A DNA stretch of 64,000 bases from Candidatus Oxydemutatoraceae bacterium. GTDB taxonomy: Bacteria > Pseudomonadota > Gammaproteobacteria > Poriferisulfidales > Oxydemutatoraceae. Location of the stretch: NCBI GenBank assembly GCA_965218975.1, contig OZ244717.1:338347-402346 (forward strand). The letters are read 5' to 3'. Numbering within the stretch: the stretch's first letter is position 1; each line of letters starts with the position of its first letter. Made by a program: the position numbers and the translations under genes. Below are positions 1 through 10,749 of the stretch, piece after piece. The notes under the pieces were generated by a model. It was not told the DNA's origin and did no database searches. It saw nothing but the letters and a program-made list of their open reading frames with translations.

Positions 1-1043
1 ATCAGGATAAAGCTAAGGCAGCTTATCCTGACGATCTGCTTGACTGCTTGCAGAAAGATACGACATGGGTGCGCTCTCACGGTTGGAATCGGCCGCCCGG
101 CAGTCGGCGTGTCTTCTATTGGCGACCATCCAATGCCATATCGGTTGGTGCCCCGAAGGCAAGAACAGCAGCTCGACGCCAGCCACGGGTTGAAGCCATG
201 CTTCTATCTCTCACGAATACCAGCCGCAACGACCACGCGTTGCCGCCGGTGACCAGAACTTTGCCACAGGCAGAATTGCTGCATCGCAATCTCGTCGGTA
301 TTGCAGCTAAGATGCTGAAAGCTCAGCAACAAGAAAAGCATGAGGAATTGCTATCACCTGAACTGACCGGGCGCGACGACAACCGCCGACCGCTTCGAGG
401 ACCGCATGAACACGCACACATCAATCCTCTTGATCTCGACGGCGACGGGCACCTGGACCACATTCTCGTCTGGGCGCCGGGGGGACTCGGTGCCGAAGCC
501 CAGGCGGCCATTCGCGCGGCACGGACAACTTACACCAAGGGCAGCGGCGAACCGCTGCGCCTGGCACCGGCCGTAACAGGTGACCTGCAAAATTTGGCTC
601 GGTTGCCTCTGGAATACGGACAACGTGTCATCCGTCTTGTTTCCCGTTCGGTTTCTTCGGATGGCGCGACGGTTTGGGAATCCCTGACGCCCTTCGTTCC
701 TCCAAGGTATCTCAAACTGCGTGGCAAAAACACATTGGAAGGACAAATACACGCCGAGCTTCAATCGAGAGGATATCCTGAACCAGCCTCGGTGCATCCA
801 TTCGCGCCAATGTTCCGGAATCAAAATGATGCCGTGTCGGCAGGTAGCGCTGCCGGCGAACGAAGCAAAACGACCTGGAGCCGTTTCCGCCATTTCAAGA
901 TCATGCGTCAACGCGGACCGACGCCACCGGTCGTATGCTGGTTTGGCATCCGGCTGGAGTTTGATCGTCCGGTCCGAGGTCCCATAGCGCTTGGATACGC
1001 CTCGCATTTTGGTCTAGGGCTGTTCACTGCTGTTGACCCATAA
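1..1043 (+). CDS. 5'-truncated (runs off the window start) Csb2-like Cas5/Cas6-family RAMP protein; paralog of the csb2-like gene at 5847-8036
   Basis: Frame 3 is open from nt 3 to the stop at 1041-1043. The C-terminal glycine-rich loop 'GYASHFGLGLFTAV' is typical of Cas6/RAMP C-termini. Segments 'HAHINPLDLDGDGHLDHILVWAPGG' and 'VWESLTPFVPPRY' parallel 'HDHIFLAADDVDRDGLIERLIVAAPW' and 'VWESRSPYRPTRH' of the downstream 741-aa protein. Confidence 0.5.
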   Translation, partial: QDKAKAAYPDDLLDCLQKDTTWVRSHGWNRPPGSRRVFYWRPSNAISVGAPKARTAARRQPRVEAMLLSLTNTSRNDHALPPVTRTLPQAELLHRNLVGIAAKMLKAQQQEKHEELLSPELTGRDDNRRPLRGPHEHAHINPLDLDGDGHLDHILVWAPGGLGAEAQAAIRAARTTYTKGSGEPLRLAPAVTGDLQNLARLPLEYGQRVIRLVSRSVSSDGATVWESLTPFVPPRYLKLRGKNTLEGQIHAELQSRGYPEPASVHPFAPMFRNQNDAVSAGSAAGERSKTTWSRFRHFKIMRQRGPTPPVVCWFGIRLEFDRPVRGPIALGYASHFGLGLFTAVDP

Positions 1044-1086
1044 ACAGCAGCGTTGAATAGCATTTGACGTATATACTTATCGGAAT

Positions 1087-3839
1087 ATGAAAGATAGTTT
1101 TGAGAAAGATTTCAAAGAGCTGACAGGATTTCCTCCGTTCAAATGGCAGAAACGCCTTTTCTATGAGCGTTTCGCCAAAGGTGATATTCCTTCTGCGCTC
1201 GACATCCCGACAGGTCTCGGCAAGACTTCGGTGATGGTAATCTGGTATTTGGCCCGGAAGGCCAAAGCTGCATTGCCCCGGCGTTTAGTTTATGTGGTTG
1301 ATAGACGGGCAGTCGTTGATCAGGCGACAACTGTGGCCGATGAAATTAAAAAGAAATCAAAGGACGATACATTGCGGGTGAGCACGCTGCGCGGTCAACA
1401 TGTGGATAATCGGGAATGGCTTGCGGACCCAGTTGCGCCGGCCATTATTGTCGGCACCGTTGATATGATCGGCTCACGGCTGTTGTTCTCGGGTTACGGC
1501 GTATCACGCAAGATGCGCCCCTATCATGCGGGTCTGCTCGGAGCGGATACGCTCGTCGTGCTTGACGAAGCGCATTTGGTTCCACCGTTTGAAAAACTTC
1601 TCGAAAAGATTGCGAAGATTGTGAACGGAGCCAACGTATTCGGTCCGCGCGAGCAAGAGGACCGAAGAATAACGCCGCCCCTCAAGTTGCTTTCGCTGTC
1701 GGCTACAGGACGTGAAAATGATCAAAGCAGAAAAGGAGGATTCTCGCTTCTTCGCGAAGACTGGGAAGATGAAGTTGTTAAGAAGCGTCTGGAAGCACGA
1801 AAACGACTTACGATCCAAGTGCTCAATGATGCAGAAAAGCTGGCACAGGAGCTGGCCGAGCGGGCATGGAAACTTGGAGAGAAGCCGGCACGTGTGCTCG
1901 TTTATTGCGATCGCAGAAAAGATGCTGTGGAAGTAAAGAATAAAATTGATAAGAAGTTTGAGAAAGGAACCCCCGAACCTGTTTCCGAACTTTTGGTCGG
2001 CGGGCGGCGTGTGTTTGAGCGGCAAACGCTTTCTGACTGGTTGAAAGAGTACGGTTTCTTTGGCGATGCCAAAGGATCGCCAAAGCAGCCGACTTTTCTG
2101 ATTGCGACCTCAGCCGGTGAAGTAGGCGTTGATCTTGATGCGGACCACATGGTGTGCGATTTGGTCGAGTGGGAGCGCATGGTGCAGCGCCTTGGCCGTG
2201 TGAATCGGCGCGGCAACGGGGATGCCCGTATTGAGGTCGTTGCCGCGCCCCGCACGGAAAAGCCCAGCAATCAAAAAAAGGCCAAAGAGTGGGAGAAACT
2301 CTTGGCCTGTTTCCGCAAGCCGCTGGACAGCCTGCGTTGTGTCGGCGTACAGGACGAACGGGACGCGAGCCCGGGTGCGCTCCTGGAACTCAAAGAACGC
2401 GCGGAAAATCATTCGGAACTACGAAACGCGATTGAAGCGGCAACAACACCGGTCCCGTTGCGGCCGGCATTGACTCGTGCCCTCGTTGATGCGTGGTCTA
2501 TGACCTCGTTGGACGAGCATACGGGGCGACCGGACGATATTCAGCCGTGGCTGCGCGGATGGGAGGAAGATCCACAACCGCAAACTACGGTTGTCTGGCG
2601 CAAGTATCTGCCGGTACGCGCAAATGGGACCGAGACGGAGGCAACGAAGAAAGAAATTGAAGCATTTTTTGAAGCAGCGCCTCCGCATACGAGCGAGAAA
2701 CTTGAAATCGAGACTGGTAAAATTGTTGGATGGTTTTCCGAACGTGCCGAGAAACAATTCCAAATAAAGAAAACCGTCGACTCGGCGGCAGAACCAAGCG
2801 AATCCGACGACAACTCCATCGCAGATATTCAACCGTTACTGAAGAAAGATATTTGTGCCTATGTCCTGTCGCCTGCTCACGATTTGCTCTCTATACTTAA
2901 AGGGCATGACTGCGATAATAATACGAAGGTTAAAGAATACATTCTTCCCGGTTCCACGCTCATAGTGGACGCGCGCTTTGGTGGTCTTTCAGAAGAAGGG
3001 ATGCTTGCAGAAGAGGGGATGCTTGATGAGAATGCTAGCGGTCCGCCGCGCACGATTGACGACGATGAAAATTGGCTGCCTGACGATGGAGAGGGCAAGC
3101 CAACCATAAGGTTCCGTGTGCGACACGTTACTGGCGTTACTGAAAGTGACAGCACCGAGTCAAAACCAGACTCAGGTTGGCGGGAGCGGCTGAGGTTTGA
3201 TCTTAAACGTAGCGAGGAAGGCGAAGCTACCAAGTGGCTGCTCGTTGAGAAATGGCGCGACGACTCCGAAACCGGGGACGACCGTTCCATAGGTAGGTTG
3301 CAAGAATTGTGTGAGCATCACGCCTGGACGGAAGCCAAGGCGCGTAAAATAGCCAACGCTTTAGATCTGCCTGACTCCCACATTGAATTGCTAGCCGTTG
3401 CGGCACGACTGCACGATAAAGGAAAGCAACACTCATTGTGGCAACGGGCTGCCAAGGCCCCGCAGGACGGTAAAATTTATGCAAAGACGGATAAACGGAT
3501 GAATGTTAATTTGCTGAATAAATATCGTCATGAATTCGGCTCGCTTCCGTTCGCTAAAGAAGATGCAGATTTTAAGGCTTTGCCTGCTGACTTGCAGGAA
3601 CTTTCTCTGCATTTGATCGCGACACATCACGGTTATGCGCGGCCTGTCATTTCTACTAGCGGTTGCGACGACCCTCCTTCTGTTCTTGAAAAACGCGCCC
3701 GCGATGTTGCACTACGATTCGCCCAAATGCAGAAGCGATGGGGGCCTTGGGGATTGGCCTGGTGGGAATCATTGTTGCGCGCCGCAGACCAACAAGCCTC
3801 ACGCGATAATGATGACCCCAATCGAAAGAAGGATAACTA

Positions 3840-3840
<1 letters not shown>
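1087..3840 (+). CDS. cas3: Cas3 helicase-nuclease of type I-G/I-U (SF2 helicase N-terminal, HD nuclease C-terminal)
   Basis: 917 aa. Helicase motifs are I 'DIPTGLGKTS', II 'VLDEAH', V 'TSAGEVGVDLD' and VI 'QRLGRVNRRG'. The C-terminal HD domain shows 'LHDKGK' and 'IATHHGY'. The HD-at-C-terminus arrangement is the subtype I-G hallmark. Confidence 0.9.
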
Positions 3841-5814
<1,974 letters not shown>

Positions 5815-5846
5815 CAAGAATCTCATTTAAGTTTCTTGAGTTAACT

Positions 5847-8036
5847 ATGAATCGGACACTTCTCCTCTCGGCTTATTTTCATGACGGTCGCTATCACGGT
5901 GAATGTGGGCATGGCAGCAGCGAGTGGCCTCCAGCACCGGCGAGACTATTTCAGGCGCTGGTTGCCGGTGCCGCAAGAGGTGCCGAATTAGCTGGCAGGG
6001 ACGAAACGGCGCTTGAATGGCTTGAGAAGCTTGGAGCACCGGTGATTGCCGCACCAACCGTTCGCCGGGGCCAACTCTACAAAATCTATGTGCCGAATAA
6101 CGATCTCGACGCGGTCGGCGGTGACCCGAGGAAAATCAACCAGATTCGAGTCGGGAAGTACGTACATCCACATATTTTCGATGCGAGAATACCACTACTC
6201 TTCGTCTGGACATTCAATAGCGGTGCATTCAGCGAAGATCATGCTCAAGCCGTCTGCCAAATCGCGGAGCAACTCTATCAATTGGGGCGAGGCATTGACA
6301 TGGCTTGGGCTTCGGCAGAGCTTCTGGACGCAGGCGAAGTTGAAACACGCCTCAATCGTCATGGCGGTGTTGTGTATCGGCCGAGCAAAGCTGGAGTCGG
6401 CAAGATGTTGTTGTTCTGTCCAAAGAAAGGATCATTTGCGAGCCTCAAAGAGCGATACGATGCGAACAGGAAACGCTTCACCTATATAAGAAAGGGTAGG
6501 GGGTTTCAGCAACTTTTCTCTCAGCCACCTAAGCCACGGTTTGCCAGGGTCGCGTATAACGCTCCACCTCAGCGTTTTCTATTTGAGCTACGTGCAGCTA
6601 CGCACAATGAATCTTTTGTGACATGGCCATCCGCTCGAACGGTTGAGCTCGTTGTAGCTTTGCGGGATAAAGCAGCTGATAAATTGAAAGACAAACTACC
6701 CGAAGAGGCTGGAAAGATTGACCGCGTATTTATAGGCTGTGAGGCAACGGAGGCAGACAAAGCTGCCCGGATACGGATTTTACCGCTTCCTTCTATTGGT
6801 CATATCCATGCGGATCGTGCGATTCGCCGGGTACTGGTTGAAGTACCGCCAAATTGCCCGCTACGCTCGGATGACGTAGCTTGGACATTTTCCGGCCTTC
6901 CTGAGGTTGACCGAACGACCAGAGAAATCCTATGGAATCTTGTGCAGACACAAGAACGGATGATGCTCAAACACTATGGAATTAATAGCAGTAAACAACA
7001 GAGCTTCCGTGTCTGGCATACGGTTACTCCCGCGGCTCTGCCGGTCATGCGGACAGGACGCAGAAATTCCGGAGCCAAACGTGTTGCAAGGGAAGCGAAA
7101 GTAACTCGCGCTGTTATGCAAGCGCTACGTCATGCCGGAGTGACAGAACCGGTAGAGTCTGTTCGCGTGCAACGCGAACCGTTTGATCGCAATGGTTCCC
7201 GGGCAGAAGAGTTTGCGATACCCGAGCGATTTGTCGCACGTGGTCTACATCACGTGGAGATTACTTTTGCGCGAGCCATACGCGGTCCTCTTATTATCGG
7301 GAACGGCCGCTATCTTGGGCTAGGGCTGATGGCGCCGCGAGAGATCGTCGTGCGTGACGCGCTGGCTTTTCCAATAACGCCAAATATCGCTGTCGCCGAT
7401 ACTGCGCTGTTGTTACGTTCGGTCAGGCGCGCATTGATGGCATTGTCGCGAGACGGTGCTAATGGGCATGTCCCTCGACTTTTCTCCGGGCATGAGCCCG
7501 ATGGCGCACCGGCAAAATCCGGTGGACATGATCATATTTTTCTTGCCGCGGATGACGTTGACAGAGACGGACTCATTGAGCGGTTGATTGTTGCTGCGCC
7601 ATGGGTTTGCGACCACACCACCAAGGAAACTCTTAAGGATCGCACTTGCTTTGATAGAGTATCCAGGCAGTTAACCAACGTTCGAGCCGGCAGACTCGGC
7701 ATTCTTACTATTGGTCCCGCACAGACTCTGACGGTCGGCGACCCACTTGTCGGGCCTGCCTGCGTATGGGAAAGTCGTAGCCCTTATCGCCCGACACGCC
7801 ATGCCGGGCGAGGCAAAGATTTAGATGCTGCTGTCGCACGCGACATAATCGCCGAATGCGAACGTCGCGGCTTGCCTAAGCCTGAAGTCGAATTGTTAGA
7901 GCTCAACGCCGGTCCAAACGGCGGCAATCTAACTGCTCGCGCACGTCTTCGTTTTGCTGTAGCAGTTACGAAACCGATCATGCTCGGATGTGACAGCCAC
8001 AGAGGCGGAGGCCTTTTTTCCGCCGTGAGCGGATAA
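5847..8036 (+). CDS. csb2: Cas5-Cas6 fusion (Csb2-like), unusually long at ~730 aa
   Basis: There are two RAMP glycine-rich loops, internal 'IRGPLIIGNGRYLGLGLMAP' and C-terminal 'GCDSHRGGGLFSAVSG'. The N-terminal 'EWPPAPARLFQALVAG' motif is present. The listed TTG start at 5811 overlaps the cas7 stop, and the ATG at 5847 is preferred. Confidence 0.6.
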   Translation: MNRTLLLSAYFHDGRYHGECGHGSSEWPPAPARLFQALVAGAARGAELAGRDETALEWLEKLGAPVIAAPTVRRGQLYKIYVPNNDLDAVGGDPRKINQIRVGKYVHPHIFDARIPLLFVWTFNSGAFSEDHAQAVCQIAEQLYQLGRGIDMAWASAELLDAGEVETRLNRHGGVVYRPSKAGVGKMLLFCPKKGSFASLKERYDANRKRFTYIRKGRGFQQLFSQPPKPRFARVAYNAPPQRFLFELRAATHNESFVTWPSARTVELVVALRDKAADKLKDKLPEEAGKIDRVFIGCEATEADKAARIRILPLPSIGHIHADRAIRRVLVEVPPNCPLRSDDVAWTFSGLPEVDRTTREILWNLVQTQERMMLKHYGINSSKQQSFRVWHTVTPAALPVMRTGRRNSGAKRVAREAKVTRAVMQALRHAGVTEPVESVRVQREPFDRNGSRAEEFAIPERFVARGLHHVEITFARAIRGPLIIGNGRYLGLGLMAPREIVVRDALAFPITPNIAVADTALLLRSVRRALMALSRDGANGHVPRLFSGHEPDGAPAKSGGHDHIFLAADDVDRDGLIERLIVAAPWVCDHTTKETLKDRTCFDRVSRQLTNVRAGRLGILTIGPAQTLTVGDPLVGPACVWESRSPYRPTRHAGRGKDLDAAVARDIIAECERRGLPKPEVELLELNAGPNGGNLTARARLRFAVAVTKPIMLGCDSHRGGGLFSAVSG

Positions 8037-8521
8037 GCGCATAGAACTGTTGCCGAGACGAGCGTGTGAACACCTGCTATGGTGGCGCCCTAATTTGATT
8101 TTCCCTTTACAGGTTCCAAAACCCCTTTTGGCTATAATAGATACTATTATTAACGTATTAACGGCATCCTCGCGAGGACGATTATGGTCGGAGCTATCAA
8201 GCTCGGATCAGTTGGTTATGGACGCAACCAAGTAAACCGGAGTGTTTTTGTCGTTTGCCACCGAAACAGACTGATCATTGGACAACAATCGGAAAATCTG
8301 GTGAAAAAATATTGATTTACCAACAGGATATTGTGAAATATATACTAATTAGATTAGAAGAGGGGAATTTCGGCAATTCTTATCTAGTATCGGCTCGGGC
8401 GAAAATGATTCAGAGCGATGTCTTTTACGGAGTAATGAAAAGCCTTGCGAGAAAGAAAAAAGGTTGCCGGTCACGCTATCGTGATTGGTCGAAATAAAAC
8501 CCGTCGATTGCGCTTAGCGCA

Positions 8522-10243
8522 ATGCTCATGCCAAGACAAGTGATCCAACAGGAATTACCCCTGCCTTTTCCAAAGCTTGGCGCAGACATGCCATTATTGC
8601 CGGCGCGTATGGTGAATGAGTACGAATATTGCCCGCGTCTCGCTTATCTGGAGTGGGTACAAAAAGAATGGGCAGATTCGTCGGATACCGTCGAGGGCAA
8701 GTATCGGCATCGTCGCGTCGATAGATTCGGGGGCAATTTGCCGGACCCGGAGCAGGTGGCGGCAGACGAAACATTTCACGCGCGTTCGATTACTTTGTCC
8801 TCGAATCAACTCGGGGTTATTGCAAAACTTGATTTGGTGGAAGGGGAAGGCAATGCCGTTATCCCTGTAGATTATAAAAAGGGGAAACGCCCCCATGTGG
8901 CACGAGGTGCATACGATCCCGAACGTGTTCAACTATGCCTGCAGGGCATGTTGTTGGAAGAGCACGGTTATGAATGTGCGGAGGGGATCTTGTATTACGC
9001 GGAATCGAAGGAACGGATACGTGTGATCTTTGATAAAGAATTGAAAAACAAAACCCTGTCCGCAGTCTCTAGCCTGCGCCTCATGGCTGCCGGCAAAAAA
9101 ATGCCGCCGCCTTTGGAAGACAGCCCTAAATGCCCGCGTTGTTCTTTGGTTGGCATCTGCCTTCCGGATGAAGTTAACTTTTTGAAGTATATGAAAACAC
9201 CGCCGAGACCTCTAAGTGTCGCGCAGGACGACAGCCTTCCGGTATATGTGCAGGCCAACCGCGCCTCTGTCAAAAAGGCAGGAGAGACTCTGGAAATCCT
9301 GGTTGAGGATAAGTTAGTCAAGAAAGCCCGTTTGCCGGAGGTTTCGCAAGTAGTCTTAATGGGCAATGTATATCTCACCACTCCCGCTTTGTGCGAACTC
9401 ATGCGCCGGGAAATTCCGATCACTTGGCATTCCTTTGGCGGCTGGTTTCTGGGGCATACCATTGGCACCGGACACAAAAATGTCGAGCTGCGCACGGCAC
9501 AGTTCAAGGCCAGTTTTGATGAACAGGTGTGTCTGACTTTGTCTAAAGGGTTCGTGCGCGCCAAGATTCAGAATTGTCGCATCATGATGCGGAGAAACTG
9601 GAAGCTGAAAGATAAGCCTGCCAGACTGTACCGTGCATTTCACCAAGATGCTAACCGGTCTGACCGTGTGTCTTCAATAACCGAATTATTGGGTGTGGAG
9701 GGTAATGCGGCAGCGCGATATTTCGGTGAATTTCAAAATTTGATCAAGCGGGAAAAGGACACGGATCAATTTATTTTTGAGTTTGAGAAGCGCAACCGTC
9801 GTCCGCCGGCAGACCCAGTCAATGCTTTATTGTCATACGCTTATAGCCTTTTAACACGTACCTGGACGGTTACCCTTACTGCGGTAGGGTTTGATGCATA
9901 CCGTGGATTTTTTCATCAGCCCCGCTATGGCCGTCCGGCGCTGGCGCTGGATATGATGGAACCCTTTCGTCCTTTGGTTGCCGATTCCACAGTGTTGATG
10001 GCAATTAACAACGGTGAAGTTCGTCCGGGCGATTTCATATCTGCGGCTGGTAGCTTCAATCTGACGCCTGCAGGAAGAAAACGGTTTATCGGAACATTTG
10101 AACGGCGACTGAGTCAGGAAATTATTCACCCGCTGTTCGGCTATAAAATCAGTTACCGCCGCCTGTTTGAGGTGCAAGCCAGACTGTTGGCTCGATTCCT
10201 TCTTGGCGAGTTGATTGAGTTTCCCCAATTTACCACGCGGTGA
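8522..10243 (+). CDS. cas1: Cas4-Cas1 fusion protein (adaptation module of type I-G)
   Basis: The N-terminal Cas4 domain shows 'YEYCPRLAYLEW' and a C-terminal Cys cluster 'CPRCSLVGICLPDE'. A Cas1 domain follows, giving 573 aa. The Cas4-Cas1 fusion is characteristic of I-G/I-U. Confidence 0.9.
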   Translation: MLMPRQVIQQELPLPFPKLGADMPLLPARMVNEYEYCPRLAYLEWVQKEWADSSDTVEGKYRHRRVDRFGGNLPDPEQVAADETFHARSITLSSNQLGVIAKLDLVEGEGNAVIPVDYKKGKRPHVARGAYDPERVQLCLQGMLLEEHGYECAEGILYYAESKERIRVIFDKELKNKTLSAVSSLRLMAAGKKMPPPLEDSPKCPRCSLVGICLPDEVNFLKYMKTPPRPLSVAQDDSLPVYVQANRASVKKAGETLEILVEDKLVKKARLPEVSQVVLMGNVYLTTPALCELMRREIPITWHSFGGWFLGHTIGTGHKNVELRTAQFKASFDEQVCLTLSKGFVRAKIQNCRIMMRRNWKLKDKPARLYRAFHQDANRSDRVSSITELLGVEGNAAARYFGEFQNLIKREKDTDQFIFEFEKRNRRPPADPVNALLSYAYSLLTRTWTVTLTAVGFDAYRGFFHQPRYGRPALALDMMEPFRPLVADSTVLMAINNGEVRPGDFISAAGSFNLTPAGRKRFIGTFERRLSQEIIHPLFGYKISYRRLFEVQARLLARFLLGELIEFPQFTTR

Positions 10244-10247
10244 GACA

Positions 10248-10538
10248 TTGGAAGAACATCTTTATGTCATTGCTTATGACATTTCCGATCAAGCAAGGGG
10301 GCGCCTGATATTCAAACTGCTGCATGGTTATGGGGAATGGTTGCAAATGTCTGTCTTTCAATGCCGGCTATCCCGTCGTCGTCATGCGGAATTGATTGCC
10401 ATGCTGGACGAAATTATCCACCACACGGAAGATCATGTTATGCTGATGGACCTGGGATTAGCGGATTCGGTTAAACCGAAAATTGTAAGTCTAGGCAAAG
10501 GTTTTCAACCGGTGGAAAGGGAACCGATTATTGTCTGA
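10248..10538 (+). CDS. cas2: Cas2
   Basis: 'EEHLYVIAYDISDQARGRLIFKLLHGYGEWLQMSVFQCRL' matches the Cas2 N-terminal beta-strand/DIS motif. The TTG at 10248 is 5 nt after the cas1 stop. The listed 10215 start would overlap cas1. Confidence 0.7.
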   Translation: MEEHLYVIAYDISDQARGRLIFKLLHGYGEWLQMSVFQCRLSRRRHAELIAMLDEIIHHTEDHVMLMDLGLADSVKPKIVSLGKGFQPVEREPIIV

Positions 10539-10614
10539 TGTTCTTCCGTTCTTCATAACTCCCGCGAGAGCCTAGGTGATGAACGTTTGTCCGGGCAGTG
10601 CTCGCATAAAAATG

Positions 10615-10690
10615 TTCTTTGACAATCAGTATCTTACAGGTGACATCTTGCAAAAAAAATACAAGAAACACGACAGTGTTATGATGCATT
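10615..10690 (+). promoter_or_regulatory. Candidate CRISPR leader promoter within the 211-bp AT-rich leader
   Basis: Consensus -35 'TTGACA' at ~10619. An extended -10-like 'TGtTATGAT' at ~10677 lies ~65 bp upstream of the first repeat. Confidence 0.25.
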
Positions 10691-10749
10691 TAGACCTCTC
10701 GAAATGGCTTTCTATAATCTTTGCCAAACAATAGGTTATGGGATGTGCT

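Noticed and set aside
1139-3630. Many antisense or alternative-frame ORFs inside cas3 (1504-2025-, 1902-2270-, 2419-2832-, 2877-3290-)
   Set aside because: They are fully nested in a well-supported 917-aa gene with clear helicase/HD motifs. They look like spurious GC-rich-frame ORFs.
10215-10247. Longer cas2 start at 10215 (TTG) overlapping cas1
   Set aside because: The TTG at 10248 gives a Cas2 of typical length beginning at the conserved beta-strand, 5 nt after the cas1 stop. The longer start adds an uncharacteristic 11-aa extension.
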